A stretch of DNA of 64,000 nucleotides from an uncultured Erysipelotrichaceae bacterium (GCA_902789425.1 CADANX010000002.1:165815-229814); one strand, 5' to 3'; shown: positions 9,256 to 18,491, counted from the first letter of the stretch. Notes: generated by a model not told the origin, from the sequence alone. Numbers and translations: made by a program.

Positions 9256-9341
9256 AATAACCCCCTTATGTAAACAAAATGTATTCTAATATATTTAACA
9301 TAAAAAGTCAATGTGATATAATATTTTATAGGAGTTATGTT

Positions 9342-10562
9342 ATGAATGAACCTTTAGCAGTAAAATTAAGACCAAAAACTCTAAAAGATATAATTGGTCA
9401 AGAACATTTAGTATCAAAAAATGCACCTATTTATAATATGGTTAAAAATAATAGGATTTTTTCAATGATTTTATATGGTAATCCTGGTATTGGTAAAACA
9501 AGTATTGCTACTGCTATTGCAGGAAGTACTGATTTAAAATATAGAAATCTAAATGCTGTAATTAATGATAAAAAAGATTTAACAATTGTTATAGAAGAAG
9601 CTAAAATGTATGGAGGAATTGTTCTTATACTTGATGAAATTCATAGATTAAATAAAGATAAACAAGATATCTTGCTTCCTCACTTAGAAAGCGGTTTAAT
9701 AACACTAATTGGTCTTACTACATCAAATCCATATCATAAAATTAATAATGCTATACGAAGTAGATGTATAATATTTGAATTAAAATCACTAGAAACTAAA
9801 GATGTAATAAAAGGACTTAATAAAGCTATTAAATCTGGTTATTTAGAAAATATTAAAATAGATAATAAAACTATTAATTATATTGCAAAACTATCATCAG
9901 GTGATTTACGAAGTGCATATAACCTACTTGAAATATGCTATTATACATCTAGTGATAAAAAAATTGATATTGAATTTGTTAAAAAAATAAATAATAAACC
10001 TGTTTTAATGAGCGATAAAGATGAAACAAATCATTATGATCTTTTATCTGCATTTCAAAAATCAATAAGAGGTTCAGATGTAAATGCCGCACTTCACTAC
10101 TTAGCTAGATTACTAGTTATTGAAGATATGGACTCAATATATAGACGTATGAGTGTTATTGCTTATGAAGATATTGGTCTTGCAAACCCATCAATCGGAC
10201 CTAAAGTTGATGCATGTATTAATGCTTGTGAAAGAGTTGGTATGCCAGAAGCTATTATCCCCCTTTCTGTAGTTATAATTGAAATGGCACTGTCTCCTAA
10301 ATCAAATAGCGCATATACTGCTTTAAATTCTGCATTAAATGATGTAAGAAATGGTAATAATTATCCTATTCCAAATACTATTAGAATAAATTCACAAACA
10401 TATAAATATCCTCATGATTATAAAGGAGGATATGTGAAACAACAATATATGCCTGATAATTTATTAAATAAAGAATATTATCATGCTAAACTAACATCAA
10501 AATACGAAAAAAGTATTAACGAAATATATGAAAAGATAAAAAAAATAAACAAGGAAAATTAA
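9342..10562 (+). CDS. rarA: replication-associated recombination protein A (AAA+ ATPase RarA/MgsA)
   Basis: LRPKTLKDIIGQEHL, Walker A GNPGIGKTS, Walker B LILDEIHRLNK, C-terminal MgsA-type HYDLLSAFQKSIRGSD and YEDIGLANP. ATG at 9342 follows GGAG. Confidence 0.9.
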   Translation: MNEPLAVKLRPKTLKDIIGQEHLVSKNAPIYNMVKNNRIFSMILYGNPGIGKTSIATAIAGSTDLKYRNLNAVINDKKDLTIVIEEAKMYGGIVLILDEIHRLNKDKQDILLPHLESGLITLIGLTTSNPYHKINNAIRSRCIIFELKSLETKDVIKGLNKAIKSGYLENIKIDNKTINYIAKLSSGDLRSAYNLLEICYYTSSDKKIDIEFVKKINNKPVLMSDKDETNHYDLLSAFQKSIRGSDVNAALHYLARLLVIEDMDSIYRRMSVIAYEDIGLANPSIGPKVDACINACERVGMPEAIIPLSVVIIEMALSPKSNSAYTALNSALNDVRNGNNYPIPNTIRINSQTYKYPHDYKGGYVKQQYMPDNLLNKEYYHAKLTSKYEKSINEIYEKIKKINKEN

Positions 10563-10580
10563 TTCCTTGTTTTATTTATT
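10550..10580. terminator. bidirectional intrinsic terminator between convergent rarA and the TPR-like gene
   Basis: CAAGGAA (10550-10556) / TTCCTTG (10563-10569) stem, with T-runs on both strands. Confidence 0.6.
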
Positions 10581-11447
10581 AAATTTAGCTTTATTTAAAT
10601 ATAATTTTTTATTCTTTTGAAGTTGTTTATATAAAAGTGGACATTCATTTTTAATATCATCTTTTTCTTGTTTTAATAATTTGTTAGCAAACTCTTCAAA
10701 TCCATTTATATAAAGAAGTGCTATTATTGTAATTTTTCTTTCATATCCACTAATATCATAAATAATACTTACATCATTTAATTTACCAGATTTAATTATA
10801 TTTTCTACTTCTTTATCATCTAAATTAATATCTTTAGTTCTTTTGTCCATTTTATCTGATGGATTTGAAAATAAATTAGCATCTTTTATTAGTTTAATTT
10901 TTAAATATTTATATAAAAATTCATTTTCATACACTTTTTGTTTTTTTAATTTAATCTTTAAATTCTTATTTTCTTTAAAATCTAATGTTTCATAATGATT
11001 ATTTATTTTATCTTGATAACATTTAAACAATAAATAATAACCTTCGCATAAAAACATATAACTATATTTAGTATATTTTCTTAAAAACATTATAGTATTT
11101 TCTAGATCACCTTTTGAATAATAAGTATTCGCAATATAATATAAAAACAATTTGTTTCCAGTTTCTTTAAAACCTTCATTATATATTTTAATAGCTTTTA
11201 AGTAACTTTTATCATTAGTTAAAGCACTATTAGCTCTTTCTAAATATGAATCTATTTCATTTTTATTTAAAAAGTATTCTTCTTTTTCTCTTAAATAATT
11301 ACTTAAAAATATTATTTGTTCTTTTAATTTATTACTTGTTGCAGGTATTTTTGATAAAGATATTCTTGCTTCTTTAAAATTATTTTCATTTATTCTTTCA
11401 AAGAATTCTTTAACATTTAAATTTACCTCATCTTTACTAATGTACAC
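10572..11447 (-). CDS. hypothetical protein with TPR-like helical repeats
   Basis: GTG start 7 nt after AAGGGAGG. Repeat-like segments such as YLKAIKIYNEGFKETGNKLFLYYIANTYYSKGDLENTIMFLRKY. Confidence 0.5.
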   Translation of the reverse strand: MYISKDEVNLNVKEFFERINENNFKEARISLSKIPATSNKLKEQIIFLSNYLREKEEYFLNKNEIDSYLERANSALTNDKSYLKAIKIYNEGFKETGNKLFLYYIANTYYSKGDLENTIMFLRKYTKYSYMFLCEGYYLLFKCYQDKINNHYETLDFKENKNLKIKLKKQKVYENEFLYKYLKIKLIKDANLFSNPSDKMDKRTKDINLDDKEVENIIKSGKLNDVSIIYDISGYERKITIIALLYINGFEEFANKLLKQEKDDIKNECPLLYKQLQKNKKLYLNKAKFNK

Positions 11448-11473
11448 TTTAAAGCCTCCCTTATGCCTGTATA

Positions 11474-11482
11474 ATTATATCA
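11474..11482 (-). promoter_or_regulatory. extended -10 element (TGATATAAT) for the TPR-like gene
   Basis: Minus strand reads TGATATAAT. It lies downstream of the sRNA terminator and ~25 nt upstream of the SD. Confidence 0.4.
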
Positions 11483-11515
11483 TAGTATAAATGATAAAAA
11501 AAGATAAAAATACAT

Positions 11516-11690
11516 AAAAAAAGACCTATAAAGGTCAGGGACTATAAAACCTACACATATGTGCAGGTGGGCATCCCATAATAGACTTTAGGATCCTTGA
11601 ACAAGCAAGTATTCAACACCATCTATTAATTCTGATTCCCTTATAATAATTTTGTCGGTTTTTTTGTTCACCTGATTGTCCTCTATAGGT
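11516..11690 (-). ncRNA. ssrS: candidate structured small RNA, possibly 6S RNA
   Basis: The only GC-enriched non-coding stretch in the window. An 11-bp helix joins the 5' end (11680-11690, ACCUAUAGAGG) to the 3' end (11524-11534, CCUUUAUAGGU). Internal helices are CAGGUG 11669-11674 / CACCUG 11564-11569 and 11621-11628 / 11579-11586, with an apical hairpin at 11597-11616. It ends in GACCU-UUAU-AGGUC plus U7. Its position directly downstream of aspS matches, as I recall, bsrA (6S-1) in B. subtilis. Confidence 0.45.
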
Positions 11691-11704
11691 AATTTAATAT
11701 TAAC

Positions 11705-11745
11705 ATATAAAAATAAAAAAGAAAAGACTTTTTTAAAAAAAAGTC
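11705..11745 (-). terminator. AT-rich intrinsic terminator after aspS
   Basis: Minus strand reads GACUUUUUUUUAAAAAAGUC (11726-11745) followed by UUUUCUUUUUU. Confidence 0.45.
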
Positions 11746-11747
11746 AA

Positions 11748-13034
11748 TTAAGGTTCTAATCTATTTGGACCACGGAATAAGAACATTTCTTCTTTTAATG
11801 AAGGAATATTAAGTAATAACATATTAAGTCTATCAACACCTATTGCAAATCCTCCATGTACTGGACATCCATATTTAAAGAATTTTAAATAAAATTCAAC
11901 GTCTTTAGTAAGTCCTTTTTCTTCACATTGTTTTTTTAGAATTTCATATCTATGTTCTCTTTGTGCACCTGTAGTAATTTCAGTACCTCTCCATATTAAG
12001 TCATATCCTTGTGGTATATCATTTTCTCTCATGTGATAAAATGCTCTTTTAGTTTTTGAAAAATCAGTTACAAATATAAATTCAGATCCATAAACTTCTA
12101 AAGCAAATTTACTAGTTAGTTTTTCTGCTTCTGCATTCATATCACCTACATCTTCTTTTGGTATTTCATAACCATATCTTTCATGTAATTCTTTATATAA
12201 ATCATTTAATTTAATTCTAGGAAATGGTTTAACTGGAATAATTACTTCAGTATCAAATATATCATTTATTTTATCTTCATATTTTTCTTTTACTTTTGTT
12301 AATGCATAAATTAATATATCTTCTTCAAGAGACATTATATCTTCGTATGAATCAATAAAAGCCATTTCAACGTCAAAAGAAGTAAATTCTGTAGTATGAC
12401 GGTTTGTATTAGAATTTTCTGCTCTAAATGCTGGAGCCACTTCAAAAACTCTTTCTAATCCACTTGCAAGCGCCATTTGTTTATAAAATTGAGGACTTTG
12501 TGCAAGATAAGCTTTTCTATCAAAATATTTTACTTCAAATACTTCAGATCCACTTTCAGATGCAGTTCCAAGTAATTTTGGTGTATGTATTTCTGTAAAA
12601 TCATTATTATATAAATATTCTCTCATAGCTCTTACCATTTCACTTTGAACAGCCATCATTAATTGATTCTTTTCGCTTCTTAAATCAATCCATCTAAAAT
12701 CGAGTCTAGTATCAATATTAGCATTATTTTCAAGTGGAAGTGCTTCTGCACTTGAAATTACTTTTAATTCAGTTGGTAAAAATTCTTTACCACCATTTTT
12801 TACATATTCAGAAAGTACCATTTTACCTTTGAATTCAATAATTGAATCTGGTAATACTCCTTCCATTTTTTTAACAAGTTCTTTGTTATTTTCTTTATCA
12901 ATTGAAACTTGAATAGATGAACTTCTATCTTGAAGAACAATAAAAATCATATATTTAGTGTCTCTTATTTTTTTTGCCCATCCACTAATAATTGTTTCTT
13001 CGTTTTCTTTTAAATTATTTATTAATGTTCTCAT
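11748..13034 (-). CDS. aspS: aspartate--tRNA ligase, short archaeal/type-2 form (class IIb)
   Basis: 428 aa. Has an N-terminal OB fold, motif 2-3 region FRAENSNTNRHTTEFTSFDVEMAF, GGFAIGVDRL, and a C-terminal ...FRGPNRLEP typical of the short AspRS type. AsnRS is not fully excluded. Confidence 0.75.
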   Translation of the reverse strand: MRTLINNLKENEETIISGWAKKIRDTKYMIFIVLQDRSSSIQVSIDKENNKELVKKMEGVLPDSIIEFKGKMVLSEYVKNGGKEFLPTELKVISSAEALPLENNANIDTRLDFRWIDLRSEKNQLMMAVQSEMVRAMREYLYNNDFTEIHTPKLLGTASESGSEVFEVKYFDRKAYLAQSPQFYKQMALASGLERVFEVAPAFRAENSNTNRHTTEFTSFDVEMAFIDSYEDIMSLEEDILIYALTKVKEKYEDKINDIFDTEVIIPVKPFPRIKLNDLYKELHERYGYEIPKEDVGDMNAEAEKLTSKFALEVYGSEFIFVTDFSKTKRAFYHMRENDIPQGYDLIWRGTEITTGAQREHRYEILKKQCEEKGLTKDVEFYLKFFKYGCPVHGGFAIGVDRLNMLLLNIPSLKEEMFLFRGPNRLEP

Positions 13035-13039
13035 ATTTA

Positions 13040-13165
13040 CTCCTCTTTTCTGTTTACTAATTTATATTGATTATTTTTTTGTTTTTCTTTATCACTTTTT
13101 TGTTTTAATAATTCTAATTTTTTTCTTTTAGCTTTATTAATATCAATACATAATTTTGAATACAT
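13040..13165 (-). CDS. possible 41-aa Lys-rich small ORF coupled between the 77-aa ORF and aspS
   Basis: ATG overlaps the upstream stop (TAATG at 13163-13167). MYSKLCIDINKAKRKKLELLKQKSDKEKQKNNQYKLVNRKEE*. Its last codons carry the aspS SD (GGAG). A stop-free run of 41 codons is uncommon at this AT content. Confidence 0.3.
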
Positions 13166-13398
13166 TAGATATCCTTCTTTCTAACTAATCTTTTTTCTTC
13201 TTGTAAAACCTTTATATATCTATTAATTAAATCCTTGTATTTATATTTATTATATTTAAGAGTAAGTTTTAAAAGCATTGCTTTTAATAATTCTTTTTTA
13301 TATGCTTTTAATAGTATTATTTCTTGATTAGATAGTCTTTTATAATCATCTTCATACATATTTTTTCTTATATATGCAGTAGAATTACCTTTTGTCAT
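13165..13398 (-). CDS. hypothetical small basic protein, 77 aa
   Basis: ORF overlaps the end of nth by 14 nt. No recognisable motif. Confidence 0.45.
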   Translation of the reverse strand: MTKGNSTAYIRKNMYEDDYKRLSNQEIILLKAYKKELLKAMLLKLTLKYNKYKYKDLINRYIKVLQEEKRLVRKKDI

Positions 13399-14017
13399 TT
13401 TTCACCTCAAATTTACATATTTCTTTTAATTTACAACCATCACATAAAGGACTTATAGATTTACATTTATATCTACCAAATAGTACAAGTTGTAAATGTC
13501 TTTTATTCCATGTTTCTTTTTTAAATTTTTTTCTAAGTTTCTTTTCAGTTGTTAAAACATTATCATTCTTATTAATTAAACCAAGTCTTTTACTTACTCT
13601 AAATACATGAGTATCAACTGCGATATTATCTTCATATCCAAGTTCAGAAAACACTACATTTACTGTTTTTCTTCCAACACCAGGAAGACTTTCAAGAATT
13701 TTTCTGTCATAAGGCATAGAAGAATTATATTCATCTACTAAAATCGTTGCTATTTCTTTTAAATAATATGCTTTTTTAACAAATCCAAGTTCTTTAACTA
13801 TATTAATTAAATCATTTATATTAGCGTTTTTTATATCATTTAATGATTTATATTTACTCCATAAATTCTTAGTTACTACATTTACTCTTTTATCTGTAGT
13901 TCTTGCACTAAGCATAACTGCTATTAGTAATTCATAATCTTTATTATAATTAAGTTCACATTTAGGAAATGGAAATATTTCTTCTAAATATGAATCTATT
14001 AAATCTATATTATTCAT
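13385..14017 (-). CDS. nth: endonuclease III (DNA glycosylase/AP lyase)
   Basis: HhH-GPD motif LPGVGRKTVNVV...VDTHVFRV and C-terminal 4Fe-4S cluster CKSISPLCDGCKLKEIC. Confidence 0.9.
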   Translation of the reverse strand: MNNIDLIDSYLEEIFPFPKCELNYNKDYELLIAVMLSARTTDKRVNVVTKNLWSKYKSLNDIKNANINDLINIVKELGFVKKAYYLKEIATILVDEYNSSMPYDRKILESLPGVGRKTVNVVFSELGYEDNIAVDTHVFRVSKRLGLINKNDNVLTTEKKLRKKFKKETWNKRHLQLVLFGRYKCKSISPLCDGCKLKEICKFEVKNDKR

Positions 14018-15261
14018 TATAAATTTATATCTAAATAATCAATTAAATCATCTTTAGATACTTTTATTTCTTCTTTAGTTAAATTATCTCTAACAGTATA
14101 AATTTCTTCTTTTACTTCTTCTTCACCAATTATTATAAGATATTTTGCTTTATATCTATCAGCTTCTTTAAATTGCGCTTTCATATTTTTAGATGTAATA
14201 TTCATATCAACTCTATATCCATTTTCTCTTAATGTATTAACAAGATTAAATGCATATTCTTTTTGATCAATATTAAGTACATATACATCTATTTCATCAG
14301 TTTTTGGAATTTCAAGTTCTAGTTCATTAAGTACATCAACTATTCTATCAAAACCAAATGCAAATCCTACAGCTGGAACTTCTGGACCATCTAAACTAGA
14401 TAATAAATTATCATATCTTCCTCCTCCACCAATAGAACCAATATCTTTATATGGTGTAGTAAATTCATATACTAAATTAGTGTAATAATCAAGTCCTCTA
14501 ACTAGTCTATTATCTACTTCATATTTAATATCTAAATCATCTAAATATTTCTTTATCTTTTCAAAGCTTTCTTTTTCTTCAGCATTTAGATAATCTAATA
14601 TTGATGGCGCATTTTTAACTTCTTCTTTATCAGCATCTATCTTACAATCTAATATTCTAAGTGGATTTTTATTTAATCTTTCTTTACAATCTTCACAATA
14701 GTTATCAATATTTTTAGAAAAATATTTTATTAAATCCTCTCTATATTTTTTTCTTGTTTCAACTCCACCTATTGAATTTATTTTAACTACTACATCTTTA
14801 AGACCTAATTCTTTTAGGAATGTAGTGGCTAAATTAATAGTTTCAGCATCAGCCATTTCATCTGATGAACCATATAATTCAATACCAAGTTGTCTAAGTT
14901 CACGATATCTTCCTTTTTGAGGTCTTTCATATCTAAACATAGAACCCATATAAAAAAGTTTTAAAGGAAGCGTTGTATACATTTTATTTTCTATTACTGC
15001 TCTTGCAATACCCGCAGTACCTTCAGGTCTAATTGTATTATTTCTTCCACCTCTATCAACAAAATCGTATGTTTCTTTAGTAACTATATCACTAGTTTCA
15101 CCAACACCTCTATGAAATAATTCACTTCTTTCAATTAACGGAGTTTCAATATAGCTATAATTAAAGTTTTCACATACATTTTGAAATAAAGATTTAATAT
15201 AAAGATGTTTTAATGATAAAGATCCATAAACATCATAAGTCCCTTTTATTTTTTGAATCAT
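14017..15261 (-). CDS. hisS: histidine--tRNA ligase
   Basis: KGTYDV, FRYERPQKGRYRE (motif 2), GGGRYD and GFAFGFDR (motif 3). TAATG overlap with nth. Confidence 0.95.
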   Translation of the reverse strand: MIQKIKGTYDVYGSLSLKHLYIKSLFQNVCENFNYSYIETPLIERSELFHRGVGETSDIVTKETYDFVDRGGRNNTIRPEGTAGIARAVIENKMYTTLPLKLFYMGSMFRYERPQKGRYRELRQLGIELYGSSDEMADAETINLATTFLKELGLKDVVVKINSIGGVETRKKYREDLIKYFSKNIDNYCEDCKERLNKNPLRILDCKIDADKEEVKNAPSILDYLNAEEKESFEKIKKYLDDLDIKYEVDNRLVRGLDYYTNLVYEFTTPYKDIGSIGGGGRYDNLLSSLDGPEVPAVGFAFGFDRIVDVLNELELEIPKTDEIDVYVLNIDQKEYAFNLVNTLRENGYRVDMNITSKNMKAQFKEADRYKAKYLIIIGEEEVKEEIYTVRDNLTKEEIKVSKDDLIDYLDINL

Positions 15262-15281
15262 ATTCTTCTCTCCTTAAATAT

Positions 15282-15290
15282 ATTATATCA
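15282..15290 (-). promoter_or_regulatory. extended -10 element (TGATATAAT) upstream of hisS
   Basis: Minus strand reads TGATATAAT, ~20 nt upstream of the AAGGAGAG SD. The whole hisS leader is only ~65 nt. Confidence 0.4.
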
Positions 15291-15326
15291 TTATTTTATT
15301 AATAATAAAATAAAAAAATAGATTGA

Positions 15327-15920
15327 CTATTTTTTTAAATTTAACGTTTTGTTCGGCTTTAAATTACCTTTACAACGGCTTATATAATCTTTAGCAGCAT
15401 CTAGTTCATCTAAAGATATTAATGTATTTAATATAAGTGAATGAACTTCTACTGGTAAGTTTTTAGGGAACTCATATGCTTTTGTAAAAAATGTAAGTTC
15501 CATTGGTAAATAATCATAATCTGCTTTATTACATAATGCATCAATAATTGCTTTATGAGTAAATGATATTGCAAGAGAATCAACATCATGAAGGTTTGTT
15601 AAATAATTTATTTTATCTAATCTTTCAGAAATATATGTTTCTCTTTTTGAATATTTTTCAGTTGTTTTATCTAAATTTATAATCGAATCAATAACATTAC
15701 CATTAGTAAAATTATATAAATTTGTATTATATATTTTTCCTTGCTCTAACTCTTCATTAATTTTATCTATAAAAATTTTAAATAAATGTCTATCTCCGTC
15801 ATATGAAATAATTTTATTAATTAAATCCATATCATCAAGTATATCTTTAATACTACCTATTTCGTTTAATTTTTTTATTAAATCCTCATATTTTTCTTCT
15901 TTTTCTTTTTTATTTTGCAT
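15327..15920 (-). CDS. hypothetical protein (~197 aa) between dtd and hisS
   Basis: ATG at 15920 follows GAAGGAG. The longer ORF start would overlap dtd. No motif recognised. Confidence 0.5.
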   Translation of the reverse strand: MQNKKEKEEKYEDLIKKLNEIGSIKDILDDMDLINKIISYDGDRHLFKIFIDKINEELEQGKIYNTNLYNFTNGNVIDSIINLDKTTEKYSKRETYISERLDKINYLTNLHDVDSLAISFTHKAIIDALCNKADYDYLPMELTFFTKAYEFPKNLPVEVHSLILNTLISLDELDAAKDYISRCKGNLKPNKTLNLKK

Positions 15921-15921
15921 A

Positions 15922-16362
15922 TTACTTCTCCTTCGAATCAATAATTATTGTTACAGGTCCATTATTTATTAAAGATACATCCATATCTTCACCAAACTCA
16001 CCTGTTTTAAATTTAATATTTGTTTGGTCTAAATAATTAATAAAACTATCATACAACTTTTTAGCTTCATTAAACTTCATAGCTTCTTCAAAAGATGGTC
16101 TTGTACCATTAGATGTATTAGAATATAAAGTAAATTGACTAATTAATAAAATTTCTCCATTTATATCTTTAACTGATAAATTAAGTTTATCATTTTCTTC
16201 GAAAATTCTTAAAGTAACAAGTTTATTTACTAAATATTTAATATCATCAACAGTATCATCTTTATGAATGCCAAGAAGAACAACAAGTCCTTCATTTATT
16301 TTATTTTCTTTATCACAAAAAGTTACTTTTGCTTTTTTTACTCTTTGTATTACTAATCTCAT
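15922..16362 (-). CDS. dtd: D-aminoacyl-tRNA deacylase
   Basis: MRLVIQRV..., SQFTLY, C-terminal NNGPVTII. Confidence 0.9.
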   Translation of the reverse strand: MRLVIQRVKKAKVTFCDKENKINEGLVVLLGIHKDDTVDDIKYLVNKLVTLRIFEENDKLNLSVKDINGEILLISQFTLYSNTSNGTRPSFEEAMKFNEAKKLYDSFINYLDQTNIKFKTGEFGEDMDVSLINNGPVTIIIDSKEK

Positions 16363-18491
16363 TATTCAAATATCCTATCTACATTCTTTACATAAGGTAA
16401 TTGTTCAAGCGATAATATGAATTTTTTAAGTTCTGTACTATCTTTTATTTCAATTGTTAAATCTACAAATCCTTCATAGTTTTTCATAACAGATTTTATT
16501 TCAACAATATTTACATTATTAGTTGATGAAAAAGTAATAATATCATATAAAATATTATCCTTAAGATCAGTTGTAATAAGTAATTTTACTTTAAATAATC
16601 TTGTAATATTATTATTCCATTCTACATTAATAATTCTTTCTTCACCAACATTTTTACAATTTTTATGATGAACAATTATTCCATTACCTTTTGAAATATA
16701 ACCAACTATTTCATCACCTTTTATTGGCTTACAACAATTTGCAAGAGATACTTTTATTTCATCAATACCACTTACAAGTATATCGTTTTTAGCATCTGTA
16801 TTTTTAATTACATCTTTATTTTGTATTCTATCAAGAAGAAGTTCTTCTTTTGCTTTTTCTTCTTTATAAGCCATATTTATTATCATAGTTGGTGTGTATT
16901 TACCAGTACCAATATAATAATATAAATCATTTTCGTTATCTATTTTTATTTCATCATATATTATTTGAAGTCTTTCGTTAAAATCTAAAGCAGATACTTT
17001 TTTTCTTCTTAAATCTTTAGCTAAAAGATCTTTACCTTTTAAAATAGCATCTTCTTTCTTTTGTTTTGAAAAATAAGTTTTTATCTTATTTTTAGCTTGA
17101 TTAGTTTTAACAAAATTTAACCATTCAAGAGATGGTGTTGAATTCTTATTAGTATTAATTTTAACAACATCGCCAGTTTTTAAAACAGTATTTAATGATG
17201 CAATATTATCATTAACAATAGCACCAACAATAGTTTCACCAACTTTAGTATGCACTCTAAATGCAAAATCAACTGGTGTTGAACCTTCAGGAAGTTCAAT
17301 TACATCTCCTTTTGGAGTATATACATATATACTAGTTCCAAGTATTTGATTTTCTACTTCTGAAACAAACTCATCATTATCAAGATCCATAATATTTCTA
17401 AATACTTCAAGTTTATGTTCCATAGAAAATTCTACTTTTTTACCTTGCTCTTTATATGACCAATGTGATGCAATTCCTTTTTCAGCCACTTCATCCATTT
17501 CTTTTGTTCTAATTTGAACTTCAAAGGGTTTACCTTCTGGTCCAAATACTGTTGTGTGAAGTGATTGATACATATTATTTTTTGGATTTGCAATATAATC
17601 TTTAAATCTCTTTGGATAAGGTTTATATTTAGAGTGAATTAAACCAAGTACTTGATAACATTCACTTACTTCATTTAAAATTATTCTAAGAGCGTATATA
17701 TCATAAATTTGAGAGAATTTTTTACCTTTTCTTAATTTATTATAAATTGAATATATACTTTTAACTCTTCCTTTTATTTTATACTCTATATTATTTGAAT
17801 CAAGTAAATTTTCAAGTTCACTCTTCATATTATTAAGAAGATTTTCTCTTTCTTCTTTTGTATTATCAAATAATAATTCTACTGATTTATACGCATTTGG
17901 TTTATAATATTTTAGAGATAAAACTTCTAGTTCTGACTTTATTTCAGAAAGACCAAGTCTATGAGCTATTGGAACTATTATTTCAAGTGTTTCTTTAGCT
18001 TTTTCTTTTTGTTTATTTTTATCTATTGCCCATAATGTTCTTAAATTTTGTAATCTTTCAACGATCTTTAAAATAATAATCCTAACATCTTCAGTTAAAC
18101 CAACAAGAATCTTTTTATAATAATTTACATTACTTTCACTATCAGCAGAAAGAGATATATTATTTATTCTTGTAATTCCATTTAAAAGTTTAACTATTTC
18201 ATCATTAAATTCTTTTTTTACATTATTTATATTGTCATTGCCTTTATTAATTACATCATGCAAAAGAGCTGTAGCAATAAGATCACTATCAGCATCTAGA
18301 CTTGTAAGTAAATAAGCAACATTTAAAGGGTGAAGAATATAATCTTCACCACTAAGTCTTTTTGTATCTTTATGAACATTATATGAGTATTCATACGCTT
18401 TTCTAATAGTATTTAATTCTTCTTCGTTTGTTATATATGATTTTACTTTTAATAATAATTCATCAAAAGTTTTAATCTCATTATATTCCAT
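16362..18491 (-). CDS. relA: bifunctional (p)ppGpp synthetase/hydrolase, RelA/SpoT homolog
   Basis: HD domain HPLNVA...LLHDV. Synthetase YKSIYSIYNKL...DIYALRII...GYQSLHT-like SLHTTV. TGS and ACT regions follow. ATG at 18491 preferred over TTG at 18500. Confidence 0.95.
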   Translation of the reverse strand: MEYNEIKTFDELLLKVKSYITNEEELNTIRKAYEYSYNVHKDTKRLSGEDYILHPLNVAYLLTSLDADSDLIATALLHDVINKGNDNINNVKKEFNDEIVKLLNGITRINNISLSADSESNVNYYKKILVGLTEDVRIIILKIVERLQNLRTLWAIDKNKQKEKAKETLEIIVPIAHRLGLSEIKSELEVLSLKYYKPNAYKSVELLFDNTKEERENLLNNMKSELENLLDSNNIEYKIKGRVKSIYSIYNKLRKGKKFSQIYDIYALRIILNEVSECYQVLGLIHSKYKPYPKRFKDYIANPKNNMYQSLHTTVFGPEGKPFEVQIRTKEMDEVAEKGIASHWSYKEQGKKVEFSMEHKLEVFRNIMDLDNDEFVSEVENQILGTSIYVYTPKGDVIELPEGSTPVDFAFRVHTKVGETIVGAIVNDNIASLNTVLKTGDVVKINTNKNSTPSLEWLNFVKTNQAKNKIKTYFSKQKKEDAILKGKDLLAKDLRRKKVSALDFNERLQIIYDEIKIDNENDLYYYIGTGKYTPTMIINMAYKEEKAKEELLLDRIQNKDVIKNTDAKNDILVSGIDEIKVSLANCCKPIKGDEIVGYISKGNGIIVHHKNCKNVGEERIINVEWNNNITRLFKVKLLITTDLKDNILYDIITFSSTNNVNIVEIKSVMKNYEGFVDLTIEIKDSTELKKFILSLEQLPYVKNVDRIFE

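Noticed and set aside
11516-11690. T-box or other known riboswitch interpretation of the structured spacer
   Set aside because: It lies downstream of aspS, not upstream. I found no T-box core (GGUGGnACC-like), and no signature sequence of the SAM, TPP, FMN, purine, lysine, glycine, preQ1 or c-di-NMP aptamers by eye. The gene that follows is a TPR-like protein with its own -10 element after the terminator. A switch role is kept only as a minor alternative in the finding.
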